DNA of 52,937 bases from Bacteroidales bacterium (GTDB lineage Bacteria > Bacteroidota > Bacteroidia > Bacteroidales > UBA7960): contig JAWOCF010000228.1 of assembly GCA_046483935.1 (NCBI GenBank), positions 1-52,937 on the forward strand. Direction: 5' to 3'. Positions 1 to 9,952 of this stretch are shown one piece after another. The notes beneath the pieces were generated by a model. It searched no databases, was not told the origin of the DNA, and worked only from the letters and a program-made list of their open reading frames with translations. Position 1 is the first letter of the stretch, and every line of letters starts with the position of its first letter. The position numbers and the translations under genes are program-made.

Positions 1-38
1 CCTCTATAAATATCACGGAAGGATCAAATAACCGTTCT

Positions 39-1334
39 TTAAGGAACGGAAACTTCTGTAGCCAACCGTTGCCGGATTCTGCGAACGGTCTGCACGAAGA
101 CTATCCGCAGGCGTTTGCCATATAAGAGGGATGATCCGATGCACACCAGTGAAAATAGAAATACCGTATAAGGCACCCCGATAGCTTCTGAAACCCCTCC
201 GGCCAGCAGGCTGCCCAAAGGGGTGATGCCCATAAAAGTAAGGCTGTAGAGCGACACGACCCTGCCGCGCTTGTCGTTATGACTGATAATCTGCAGTATG
301 GTATTGGTACTGTTGAAATGTACGATCATGCCAAAGCCGGTAATGGCCAGGGCTGCCATCGAAAGGTACAGGTTGGAGGACAAGGCGAACAGTCCCAGGG
401 CGAGGGAAAAAATCAGGGCGGTGCGGAATATGGTTACCGGAATGGTAGCAACCTTTTTGCGTGCAGCCAGGTAAAATGCCCCGGTAAGTGCTCCTGCACC
501 CAATGCCCCGGTGAGGATACCCAGCAATTCGGAATCTCCCTGTAAAACATCGGCTGCAAATACCGGCAGCAAGGCCTGAAAAGGAAGCCCGAAGAAGCTG
601 CTCAGGGCAACCAGCATGAGCAAATACCGCAAAGGTTTTTCATTCCATGCATAATGAATGCCTTCTTTGAGCTGATTCATCACCGAATCACGAACCTTAT
701 GAATAGTTTTTACCGGGATGCGCATGGCCATCAATCCGGCAATGACAGCCAGAAAACTCACGCCATTGATAAAGAAGCACCACCCCTCACCTACTGTGGC
801 AATCAGCACCCCACCAATGGGAGGTCCCACAAACCGGGCCATATTGTATAATGATGAATTCAGTGCGATGGCATTGGTCAGGTCTTCGGGATTGGGAATC
901 ATATCAGGCACGAACGACTGCCGGAAAGGGGTGTCGAAAGCCAGGATCACGCCATTGACCCCGGCAAGCAGCAGGATATGGTATACCTTGATGGCATCGG
1001 TGAGCACCAGGGCAGCCAGTATAAAAGCCACCACCATAGCCGCAGCCTGTGAAAGGATGATCACCCGCTGGCGGTTCATTCTGTCGGCCAGCACACCCGC
1101 AAAAGGAGTGATAAACAGCGAAGGGATTTGCTGAAAGAATGCCACTGTGCCCAGCAGCAGGGCGGAGCCGGTAAGCCGGTATACCAGCCATCCCATGGCA
1201 ATATTCTGCACCCATACCCCAATCAGCGAAATGCTTTGCCCTCCATAATACAACCTGTAGTTGGGATACTTCAAGGCCCTGAACATATGCTTCAGGGTGT
1301 CGGGAGGAATTGGAAGGCCGCGAAATATGATCAC
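39..1334 (-). CDS. MFS transporter (about 12 TM); start may be GTG 1334 or ATG 1286
   Basis: Begins FRALKYPNYRLYYGGQSISLIG; MFS motif A-like GVLADRMNRQR; C-terminal RGRVVSLYS; many hydrophobic helices. Confidence 0.9.
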   Translation of the reverse strand: MIIFRGLPIPPDTLKHMFRALKYPNYRLYYGGQSISLIGVWVQNIAMGWLVYRLTGSALLLGTVAFFQQIPSLFITPFAGVLADRMNRQRVIILSQAAAMVVAFILAALVLTDAIKVYHILLLAGVNGVILAFDTPFRQSFVPDMIPNPEDLTNAIALNSSLYNMARFVGPPIGGVLIATVGEGWCFFINGVSFLAVIAGLMAMRIPVKTIHKVRDSVMNQLKEGIHYAWNEKPLRYLLMLVALSSFFGLPFQALLPVFAADVLQGDSELLGILTGALGAGALTGAFYLAARKKVATIPVTIFRTALIFSLALGLFALSSNLYLSMAALAITGFGMIVHFNSTNTILQIISHNDKRGRVVSLYSLTFMGITPLGSLLAGGVSEAIGVPYTVFLFSLVCIGSSLLYGKRLRIVFVQTVRRIRQRLATEVSVP

Positions 1335-1420
1335 CGGTTCATTTTTTGATGGGCAAACTTACAAAAATTCTCTCTGCCTTAGCAGGGCAAAGGCAAATAG
1401 GCCATTTTCATAAAATCTTT

Positions 1421-2509
1421 TCAGGGTTTCAGGAGTTGTTGGTCGCCCACCAGCTCCAGGCCCGCTTGTTTGGTTTGTCCTTCAAAAAGGACATTTCCCT
1501 GGGGATCTTCCAGGCACACAAACAAGATAGCATCCAGGCTCTCATGAATCATGCGGTTCATCTGCCCGGCCAAAGGGGCCATCAGCTCTCCGCGCACCCC
1601 CTTCAGGCCCCGGATGGTTAACCTGAAGCCACGGTCTTCAATAACGATCTGGATCTGATCAGGATCGCCATGTATTTCAACAATTTTTGCAGAAGTATAG
1701 GTGGCAAACCGCAAGATTTCGTCATTAAAAAGAAGATAGCCCAGAAAGCCGGTGAATGATCCTGTAATCCAGGGTACATGAGCTACCGACAACATAAATG
1801 AAGCCTTATCATGATTCATAAATGAATTGCTTTGCATCCATATCCAGGCTTTTGGCATGCTGCTGCCCCAGTCTTTTTCAATATAACCCCTGCCATTATC
1901 AAAAGATAATGTATCCTGCTGATGGACCAATACTCCCTTCAACCGGTGATCAAGGCTCACCACACCATGATAAGTCTGCATAAAAGGCACAAAACGGTAC
2001 CACCCCATAATGCCAGGCCAGAACAGGGAAACGGGGTAGCGGCTGGATTCTGAAAAACCAATCTGCCCGCGAATATGATGTTCGTCATCTTTGAGATCTA
2101 CCGAAAACCCTTCACCCGAGAAGATATTGCCGGCGATGCGGACTTCAAAATGGCGCCGTGAATACGAAAAGGCCTCCGGAGGAAACCTGAAATAACTGGT
2201 TTGACCAGTGCTCCCATCAATTACCTGCACGAAAGCGTGTGCGTCGGTATCCAAAGAGACTCCCGGAATGAAAGCATAACGCAGGGAACCATCGTCCGAT
2301 ACAATTTTATAATACCACCCTTCATAATACCTGGTGGTGCGCATGTTTCCCTGAAAAAAAGAGGGATTCCATATTTTTTTCAGATCGTAAAAGGAAAAAC
2401 CATTAGAATGAAGTTTGTGATGAGGCGAAGTTTGAGAAGCGCCCTTTTCCGGCCATTGGACTGACAGCCAGTGAATCAAAATAAATATTCCAAGAAATGA
2501 TTTATTCAT
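1421..2509 (-). CDS. Tocopherol cyclase family protein with signal peptide-like N-terminus
   Basis: Motifs YYEGWYYK, GIMGW, HGVVSLDH, GRGYIEKDWGSSMPKAWIWMQSN. Confidence 0.8.
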   Translation of the reverse strand: MNKSFLGIFILIHWLSVQWPEKGASQTSPHHKLHSNGFSFYDLKKIWNPSFFQGNMRTTRYYEGWYYKIVSDDGSLRYAFIPGVSLDTDAHAFVQVIDGSTGQTSYFRFPPEAFSYSRRHFEVRIAGNIFSGEGFSVDLKDDEHHIRGQIGFSESSRYPVSLFWPGIMGWYRFVPFMQTYHGVVSLDHRLKGVLVHQQDTLSFDNGRGYIEKDWGSSMPKAWIWMQSNSFMNHDKASFMLSVAHVPWITGSFTGFLGYLLFNDEILRFATYTSAKIVEIHGDPDQIQIVIEDRGFRLTIRGLKGVRGELMAPLAGQMNRMIHESLDAILFVCLEDPQGNVLFEGQTKQAGLELVGDQQLLKP

Positions 2510-2618
2510 TTTTTGATATCTTTTATCTTCATACGATCAAGATAAAGATAATAAATAAAATAGGGTTAAGGAAAACCAGCCTTCGATCCGGACAGCAAAC
2601 AACAAAATATCCAGCCAA

Positions 2619-3905
2619 CTACCTGATCTTTCCATATTTTTGATGTTGCTCTGTATGAATACACTTCAGGCAATTAAGGCCGCGGTTGCATTTGCGGTAA
2701 GCCTCCTCAAAACTGCGGCCGGTAGCACTGATGGCAAATAGCCTGGGGCCAGGCTGATACACATTATCCTGAACCTGAAAGCAGGATTGCCAGAGGTTAA
2801 TGCCCAGATCCGCAATTTTCTGATCATCTATCTGTATCAGGATATTGCTATTTGTCATAGCAGATTCATTAGGTACCACATATTTACAAACAGTAGCCAG
2901 AGGCTCAAATTCAACAGCTATTTCATCCAGCCCTTCTGTGGCAATGGCCCTGAAGATTTCCAGCAAATCAGTTTTTAATAGCGGCAACACGTTCAGGGCC
3001 GCAGGATCATCAGGGCCTACATTAATGCCAAGAAGCCGGATGCCCTGATGAGTAATCATAAATTTCGCTGAGAGAAACCCCTTATAATTTTCAGAATATT
3101 GTTCCCGTAAAGCAGTCAGTATTCTGCGGATAATGAGCAAACTGTCATCCAGGGACTGCTGATCAAGAAACGGAAGCATGTGGCTGGCATCTGAATAGGA
3201 ACCCATACCAGGAGCATTTACAGTGACCGGATCATTCAAAAGATTGAACTCTTTGACAACAGGAAAGGGAACCACCGTTTTCCCATCAGTAAGTACCTGA
3301 ACGACATATTCCTGGCCCAACAATTTGGGCTCAAGCACCACACAAGGCATGTTTCCGATGTTTTGATCAAAAATCTCTTCAACGTATGCCTTGGTTTGAC
3401 TTTTATCATTTAGGTGTATGCCCTCAATCCTCACTCCTGCTTGTAGAGTAATGCCCGCAGGTTTTACCACGAGGGCAAAATCAGCCTGGCTGATATAATC
3501 CAGGGCCTGTTCCTTCTCAAAGAAAACCATGAAATCCGGATTGCCTTCAATATCGTTATCTTGCATCAATGATCGTAAAAAACCCTTGTCGGCTTCCAGC
3601 CAGGTGCACAGTGCGGATGGTCCGATGGTAGGAATGCCTATTTCATTGAAGTAATTAACGGCACCCTTCAATAGGGTTTTCACTGAAACCACCACAATCA
3701 TTTCAATCTTGTTTTTCTCCACAAAATCATCAATAACATCCAGATCAGCAATGTCATCAACCTCATAATGAAAAGAAAGGTCAGCAATGCCGTTATTCAG
3801 TTTATCCATGAGGGCATATACCGTAACATTTTTATTTTTTGTTAAGGTCCTGGCAATAGCCTGTGTCCTTCCTCTGCTGCCAATCAGTAATACTCTCATC
3901 GCCAA
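2619..3905 (-). CDS. Phosphoribosylamine-glycine ligase (PurD)-like ATP-grasp protein, archaeal type, with degenerate catalytic motifs
   Basis: Colinear with PurD (RVLLIGS, IGPS, VVKPAG, GMGSYSD, ATVCKYVVP), but the GGREHA, GGKGV, QDHKR..GPNTGG and EFNARFGDPE motifs are altered. Confidence 0.75.
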   Translation of the reverse strand: MAMRVLLIGSRGRTQAIARTLTKNKNVTVYALMDKLNNGIADLSFHYEVDDIADLDVIDDFVEKNKIEMIVVVSVKTLLKGAVNYFNEIGIPTIGPSALCTWLEADKGFLRSLMQDNDIEGNPDFMVFFEKEQALDYISQADFALVVKPAGITLQAGVRIEGIHLNDKSQTKAYVEEIFDQNIGNMPCVVLEPKLLGQEYVVQVLTDGKTVVPFPVVKEFNLLNDPVTVNAPGMGSYSDASHMLPFLDQQSLDDSLLIIRRILTALREQYSENYKGFLSAKFMITHQGIRLLGINVGPDDPAALNVLPLLKTDLLEIFRAIATEGLDEIAVEFEPLATVCKYVVPNESAMTNSNILIQIDDQKIADLGINLWQSCFQVQDNVYQPGPRLFAISATGRSFEEAYRKCNRGLNCLKCIHTEQHQKYGKIR

Positions 3906-4216
3906 TATTTTTTACCATGAAACATATTCCGCGAAGCCTTCCTGCTTCTCTGACAGGCTTTTTGAATAACCTACACATATAAGTATTAATTAATAAATAA
4001 ATTGTGTATTTTTTTCTTCAAATTGCCTGTTTTATTCCTTCAACGGATATTTGTCAGCATTATTATCACCAATGAAATAAAAAAGAAATAAAAGAAGTCA
4101 GGCAAGCAGTTTTAGGAAAATCCTCCGGCAAGTATCTGCTCAAATGCAATGAAATTTTAAAAGAACAACAACCATCATTTTCTCTCTACAGCGATTATCT
4201 TTGGAAAAAAAATAGC

Positions 4217-4864
4217 ATGCCAAGAAAGATCATTATTTCTACTGCTTATCTGCCACCTATTGACTACATGATGTGGTTATATTTTTCTGATGAGGTGTTG
4301 ATCGAAGCCTATGAGACTTACCCCCGGCAAACCTGGCGCAACCGGTGTCGGATTGTCTCGGCCAATGGATTGCTGGATCTTTCCATTCCGGTGGAAAAAC
4401 CTCACAACAAGCCAGCTATCACTAAAGAGGTAATGATCAGCACGCGACATTCCTGGCAGAAAAACCACTGGCGTGCCATCCAGTCTGCCTACAGCAAGTC
4501 GCCCTTTTTCATTTATTACAAAGATGCATTTGAAGCAATGTACAATCAGCCCCCTCCTGCTAAACTCCTTGATTGGAACTACAAGCTTCTTGAAGTAATT
4601 GCCTCCCAAATCATTCCTTTGCCTCAAATAAAATATACGCAGGAATATCAGAAGGTGCCTGCCGACATGAAGGATCTGCGGGAAGCATTTTCGCCCAAGG
4701 CACACAGGCAGCAACAAGACATCAGCCACCAGCTGCCTGAATATTACCAGGTGTTTTCTGCCAGCATGCCTTTTCAGCCCAATTTAAGCATCCTGGACCT
4801 GCTGTTTAACATAGGCCCAATGACCATTGACTATTTGCGGGAAAACGCCGAAAAAGGCCTTTAA
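4217..4864 (+). CDS. WbqC family protein
   Basis: STAYLPPI, RQTWRNRC, HWRAIQSAYSKSPFF, YYQVF...FQPNLSILDLLFNIGP. Confidence 0.9.
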   Translation: MPRKIIISTAYLPPIDYMMWLYFSDEVLIEAYETYPRQTWRNRCRIVSANGLLDLSIPVEKPHNKPAITKEVMISTRHSWQKNHWRAIQSAYSKSPFFIYYKDAFEAMYNQPPPAKLLDWNYKLLEVIASQIIPLPQIKYTQEYQKVPADMKDLREAFSPKAHRQQQDISHQLPEYYQVFSASMPFQPNLSILDLLFNIGPMTIDYLRENAEKGL

Positions 4865-6930
4865 TTCATCTTAGGATAGGCAACTCTCACATGGTTGATG
4901 TTCATCAGCCGGCGCTTGAATATTTTCTTGATGGTGGTAATGTCCTGAAAAGTAATATCGGCCTTATCGAACTGTTTCTCCACGATCAGGTTGTCAATGA
5001 TGGTTTCTACCAGTTCATTAATGCTGTTCTCATCAGGCTTTTTCAGGCTGCGTGAGGCGGCCTCTACCGAATCGGCCATCATAACCACGGCTGTTTCCTT
5101 ACTGAAAGGACGTGGCCCGGGATAAGTAAATGCCGCCGGATCAATTTCCTCTCCCGGATTCTGCTTCTGACGCATGGTATAGAAATATCGCGCCGTAGTG
5201 GTTCCATGATGGGTGCGGATGAAATCAATGATATACTCAGGAATATTGTGCCTGCGTGCCTTCTCGATACCCCCAATCACGTGATTAATAATGATTCGGG
5301 CGCTCTCTTCATAAGAAATATCATCATGTGGGTTCATTCCTGAGGTTTGATTCTCAGTAAAATAAATCGGATCATCCATTTTCCCGATATCATGATATAG
5401 TGCACCGGTTCGGGCCAGCAGGGCGTTTCCACCAATGGCATAAATGGCTTCCTCCGAAAGATTGGAAACCTGCAGGGAATGTTGAAAAGTACCAGGCGCC
5501 TGCAGGCTAAGCTCACGAAGCAACTTATTGTTGGTGTCGGCCAGCTCAAGCAAAGAGAAATCGGTAGGCATCCCGAAGAGTCTTTCAAAGAGGTAAATCA
5601 GGGGGTAGGCAAATAAAGTAAGCGTCGCTCCCCCGGCAAAATACCCAAAATTGATCCATTGGATGTCATCAAAGGAACCTGTTTGCGACAAGGACCATCC
5701 GAAAAACACTGCCGAATAAGTCAGGAATATCAAACCTACGGTGATCAGCAACTGGGAGCGCCGGCGCAGGCTGGCCATGCTCATGATGGCAATAATACCA
5801 GCAAGGAACTGCAGGAACACAAATTCAAAACTTCGGGGAATCAGAAATCCAATAAGAATAATGGTGATAATATGTACATAGAGCGCCAGCCGGTTGTCGA
5901 AAAATGCCCTGATCACAATAGGGACAATACTAATGGGTAGCAGGTAAAGCCAATCTACATTATACCGCACCACCAGGCTGGTGGTAAGGATCATGATCAC
6001 GATCGACAACAAAATCAACAGGATCTGCCTGTTGTTTTGAAAAACATCCCTTCGGAAAACAAACAAAAACATGGCCAGAACCACCATGGTAATACTCACC
6101 AGGATCAACTGACCGGCATACTGCAGGTTTTGCATACCAGCCTGTCCACGCTGACGGGTATATTCGGCTTTAAAGCTTTCCAGTATCTGGTACTTTTCAG
6201 CCGTGATCAGCTCCCCCTGAGAGATAATCTTTTCACCTTGCTGAACCATGCCCCTGGTTACGGGAATGCTTTCCAGGCGGGTTTCCAGGGCCAGATTGCT
6301 CATCTCTTCATCATAAATGATATTCGGAGCCAGTGCCATTCCCAGCAGGGGCTCCACAAAAGGATGATATTGTTCATCGATTCGCTGCAACATCTGGGTA
6401 GCGCGCTGATAGGCCGCCGTTAGTGTAAGAAAATCTCCCAGCCTGTGGGTAGAGGCGACCTGACCTTCCAGGACGCGGATCTCGAAGGAGGAAGGTTCCT
6501 CCTGAAATCGTTCCTCAATAGAGATAATACCTGTTGAGAACAATGAATCCAATATCTGCACACTGCTTTTCAGAACTCTTTCCAGATGGGCTGCCGGGAG
6601 TTCATTCTCGCTGGCATATTCCGGAAAACTCTCACGGAAAGTGGCCTCAAAGGAATCCATTTGCCGGGCAGCCACTACCGTGTCGCGCATAAAAAAAGGG
6701 CGGAACTCTTCCTGCACAGCATTTTGCTCGGCCTCCAACTCTTCCTGGGTTTTGAGGATGGCAAAATCAAAAGGGGCAATCAGATCATTATACAACCAGG
6801 GCCTGGCTTTATGATATTCATATTCAAAGCCAGCTTGCCTGGGAAATAACTGAACGATGATAAAAATGCTTATCAGAAAAAGAACTGCCTTATACAGTTT
6901 GGAAAAATTAGCCTGCAACCAACGGATCAT
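4861..6930 (-). CDS. 7TM-HD phosphohydrolase (PgpH-like, candidate c-di-AMP phosphodiesterase)
   Basis: N-terminal TM, extracellular domain, 7 TM helices, then APGTFQHS, YHDIGK, HHGT, MADSVEAASRS. Confidence 0.88.
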   Translation of the reverse strand: MIRWLQANFSKLYKAVLFLISIFIIVQLFPRQAGFEYEYHKARPWLYNDLIAPFDFAILKTQEELEAEQNAVQEEFRPFFMRDTVVAARQMDSFEATFRESFPEYASENELPAAHLERVLKSSVQILDSLFSTGIISIEERFQEEPSSFEIRVLEGQVASTHRLGDFLTLTAAYQRATQMLQRIDEQYHPFVEPLLGMALAPNIIYDEEMSNLALETRLESIPVTRGMVQQGEKIISQGELITAEKYQILESFKAEYTRQRGQAGMQNLQYAGQLILVSITMVVLAMFLFVFRRDVFQNNRQILLILLSIVIMILTTSLVVRYNVDWLYLLPISIVPIVIRAFFDNRLALYVHIITIILIGFLIPRSFEFVFLQFLAGIIAIMSMASLRRRSQLLITVGLIFLTYSAVFFGWSLSQTGSFDDIQWINFGYFAGGATLTLFAYPLIYLFERLFGMPTDFSLLELADTNNKLLRELSLQAPGTFQHSLQVSNLSEEAIYAIGGNALLARTGALYHDIGKMDDPIYFTENQTSGMNPHDDISYEESARIIINHVIGGIEKARRHNIPEYIIDFIRTHHGTTTARYFYTMRQKQNPGEEIDPAAFTYPGPRPFSKETAVVMMADSVEAASRSLKKPDENSINELVETIIDNLIVEKQFDKADITFQDITTIKKIFKRRLMNINHVRVAYPKMN

Positions 6931-7084
6931 TGTTTTGAATATTTTTGGTAAAATTACACATATCTAAGGTACGAAATTCCTGAAAATTAGGCAGGATGAA
7001 GATGTCAGGAATAATTATATAGCTAACGAAGGTTAATTTAAGCAAAATTGCCTAATTTTAACCCTGCAAAAATCAGACCTGTTT

Positions 7085-7888
7085 ATGGAAAGGGGAATAT
7101 GTTTACTCAGTGTGGCGGCCATGCGCCGGGAACCCTCCCATCGCAGCGAACTCGTCAACCAGTTGGTGTTTGGCGACCCTTTCGAAATTCTGGAGCACCA
7201 CCAGGAATGGTGTCTGATCAGAATGGCCTTCGATGGCTATCAGGGTTGGATCAACCTGAACCAGATGAGCCCTTTAGATCAGGTTGAATGGCAGGCCATA
7301 CAGTCGCAAACCACAAAAACGGTGAGCACTGACCTGATTCAGGTTCTGGAAGACAAGACCCGGGATACCCGTTTTGCAGTGGGCCCGGGATGTAGCTTTC
7401 CCTTTTTTGACCAGGGCAGATTCTCCCTGAGCGGCAAGGTTTATGAATACCCCGGGGAAGTATTTACCAGTAAGTATCCTGCATACGACCAGGTGGGCAG
7501 GCATGCCATGATCTTTCTGAACACCCCCTATCTTTGGGGAGGGCGCTCGCCAATGGGCATCGATTGCTCAGGGCTTACCCAGCTGGCTTATAAGATGGCA
7601 GGAATAACCATTGCAAGAGATGCCAGCCTTCAGGCCCAGCATGGCCAGACCATCCATCTGATCAATGAAGCACAACCAGGCGATCTGTTATTCTTTGATA
7701 ATGAGGAACAACAGATTACACATGTAGGCATTTTAATTAATGAGGGGCATATCATTCATGCCCACGGGAAAGTGCGTATCGACCTGATCGACCATCATGG
7801 GATCTACAACCTGGACCTGCGAAAATACACTCATCAGCTGCGAATCATCAAAAGAATTCATGCAGAAACCCATCAATTTCTTCGTTAA
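7085..7888 (+). CDS. NlpC/P60 (C40) cell-wall peptidase with N-terminal SH3-like domain
   Basis: PYLWGGRS..GIDCSG catalytic Cys motif; HVGI...IIHA. Confidence 0.92.
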   Translation: MERGICLLSVAAMRREPSHRSELVNQLVFGDPFEILEHHQEWCLIRMAFDGYQGWINLNQMSPLDQVEWQAIQSQTTKTVSTDLIQVLEDKTRDTRFAVGPGCSFPFFDQGRFSLSGKVYEYPGEVFTSKYPAYDQVGRHAMIFLNTPYLWGGRSPMGIDCSGLTQLAYKMAGITIARDASLQAQHGQTIHLINEAQPGDLLFFDNEEQQITHVGILINEGHIIHAHGKVRIDLIDHHGIYNLDLRKYTHQLRIIKRIHAETHQFLR

Positions 7889-7945
7889 AGAGTTTCCTGC
7901 CAGCACATTTTCGGGGATTCCCTTATTTAATCGGCAAAAATTCAT

Positions 7946-7953
7946 TAATTTTG
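7946..7953 (+). promoter_or_regulatory. Bacteroidota primary sigma -7 box for thrS
   Basis: TAATTTTG matches TAnnTTTG, 24 nt before the thrS ATG. Confidence 0.65.
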
Positions 7954-7977
7954 CACCCCTAATTTGAATCCATTATC

Positions 7978-9915
7978 ATGATAAAAATAACCCTGCCCGA
8001 TCAATCAGTACGCGAATATCCTGAAGGGGTCACCGGACAACAGATAGCCAGCAGCATCAGCGAAGGACTGGCACGCAAGGTGCTTTCCATCAGCGTGAAT
8101 GGTGAAGTCTGGGACATTGACCGGCCCATTCATCAGGATGCGCAAATCAAACTGCATACCTGGGAGGATAAAGAAGGCAAAGCCACTATGTGGCACTCTT
8201 CGGCACACCTGATGGCCAGTGCCATTGAAGAGCTGTATCCGGGCACCAAGTTCGGAATTGGCCCTGATGTGGAGAATGGCTTTTATTATGATATTGACCT
8301 GGGCGATCGTACCCTTTCCAGCAATGACTTTGAGAAAATAGAGAAAAAAATGCTGGAGCTGGCACGCCAGAAAATGCCCTTCGAGCGCAGGAACATCTCC
8401 AAAAAAGATGCCCTGGATTTGTTTGAACAAAAGGGGGATGAATACAAAATTGACCTGATCAAAGATCTGGATGAGGGTACCATCACCTTGTATGAATCCG
8501 GCAACTTCATTGATCTTTGCCGGGGACCGCACCTGCCCGATACCAGTCCCATCAAGGCTGTAAAGCTGATTAACCTGGCAGGGGCTTATTGGCGTGGCGA
8601 TGAGAGCCGCAAGCAACTCACCCGGGTATACGGGATTACCTTCCCCAAGCAGAAACAACTGGAAGAATACCTGGTGATGCTGGAAGAAGCCAAAAAAAGA
8701 GACCATCGCAAGATCGGTCGTGAACTCGAGCTGTTTGCTTTTTCCAACAATGTAGGACAGGGCCTGCCCTTATGGCTTCCCAAAGGAGCCGAGTTGCGCG
8801 AGAATCTTGAGAAATTCCTGAAAAAGGTGCAGCGCAAAGCCGGATACCTGCCAGTGATCACGCCCCACATTGCCAACAAGAGCCTTTACATCACCAGTGG
8901 CCACTACGAGAAATACGGCAAGGACTCGTTCCAGCCCATCAAAACCCCGGCCGAGGGGGAAGAGTTTTTCCTGAAGCCCATGAATTGCCCTCACCATTGT
9001 GAGATTTATAAAACCAAGCAATACTCATACAAAGACCTGCCGGTTCGTCTGGCTGAATTCGGAACGGTATACCGCTATGAACAAAGTGGTGAGCTGCACG
9101 GACTTACCCGGGTAAGAGGATTTACCCAGGATGATGCCCACATCTTCTGCCGTCCCGATCAGGTGAAAGAGGAATTCATCAAGGTGATCGATATCGTGTT
9201 GTATATCTTCAAAGCCCTCGATTTTAAGGAATACAGTGTTCAGATCTCACTGCGTGATCCTGAAAACAAGGAAAAATACATCGGTTCCGATGAGAACTGG
9301 CAAAAGGCAGAACAAGCCATTATCGAAGCCACCCGCGAAAAAGGCCTTGAAGCAGAAGTAGAACTGGGGGAAGCAGCCTTCTATGGGCCCAAGCTTGACT
9401 TTATGGTCAAAGATGCCCTGGGCCGCAAATGGCAGCTGGGGACCATCCAGGTAGATTATAACCTTCCCGAACGCTTTGATCTGGAATACATCGGCAGCGA
9501 CAACCAGAAACACCGCCCCGTGATGATCCATCGTGCTCCGTTTGGCTCCATGGAACGGTTTGTGGCTGTGCTCATTGAACATTGCGCCGGAAACTTTCCC
9601 CTGTGGCTGACACCCGATCAGGCTATCATATTGCCTATCAGCGATAAATATCAGGAATATGCAAAAAAAGTTTTAACTTTGCTGAATAATGACGAAATTC
9701 GCGCGCTCATTGATGAACGAAGCGAAAAAACAGGAAAGAAAATCCGCGATGCAGAGATCAAAAAGATCCCTTTCATGTTGATCGTAGGCGAAAAAGAAGC
9801 AAGTGAAGGCACTGTTTCGGTTCGTAAACATGGAGAAGGGGATTTGGGCACTTTTGCAGTTGAGGATTTTATCCAGTTGGTACAAAAGGAAATTAACACC
9901 TTGATATCGTTTTAA
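7978..9915 (+). CDS. thrS: Threonine--tRNA ligase
   Basis: TGS domain, [57 protein letters not shown]. Confidence 0.99.
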   Translation: MIKITLPDQSVREYPEGVTGQQIASSISEGLARKVLSISVNGEVWDIDRPIHQDAQIKLHTWEDKEGKATMWHSSAHLMASAIEELYPGTKFGIGPDVENGFYYDIDLGDRTLSSNDFEKIEKKMLELARQKMPFERRNISKKDALDLFEQKGDEYKIDLIKDLDEGTITLYESGNFIDLCRGPHLPDTSPIKAVKLINLAGAYWRGDESRKQLTRVYGITFPKQKQLEEYLVMLEEAKKRDHRKIGRELELFAFSNNVGQGLPLWLPKGAELRENLEKFLKKVQRKAGYLPVITPHIANKSLYITSGHYEKYGKDSFQPIKTPAEGEEFFLKPMNCPHHCEIYKTKQYSYKDLPVRLAEFGTVYRYEQSGELHGLTRVRGFTQDDAHIFCRPDQVKEEFIKVIDIVLYIFKALDFKEYSVQISLRDPENKEKYIGSDENWQKAEQAIIEATREKGLEAEVELGEAAFYGPKLDFMVKDALGRKWQLGTIQVDYNLPERFDLEYIGSDNQKHRPVMIHRAPFGSMERFVAVLIEHCAGNFPLWLTPDQAIILPISDKYQEYAKKVLTLLNNDEIRALIDERSEKTGKKIRDAEIKKIPFMLIVGEKEASEGTVSVRKHGEGDLGTFAVEDFIQLVQKEINTLISF

Positions 9916-9938
9916 TTGTTTATTTATTCACTAAAAGA

Positions 9939-9944
9939 AGGAGG
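9939..9944 (+). promoter_or_regulatory. Shine-Dalgarno sequence for infC
   Basis: AGGAGG 8 nt upstream of an in-frame ATA at 9953. Confidence 0.7.
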
Positions 9945-9952
9945 AACACAAC

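Noticed and set aside
2517-2550. AT-rich inverted repeat TATCTTTTATCTT...AAGATAAAGATA upstream of the tocopherol cyclase gene
   Set aside because: Low complexity and weak; cannot be distinguished from chance in an AT-rich spacer
4861-4864. Convergent genes sharing TTAA stop codons (also 38364-38367)
   Set aside because: A common compact-genome arrangement with no further signal
7889-7977. T-box or thrS operator leader
   Set aside because: The -7 box is only 24 nt from the ATG, leaving no room, and no T-box motif is present
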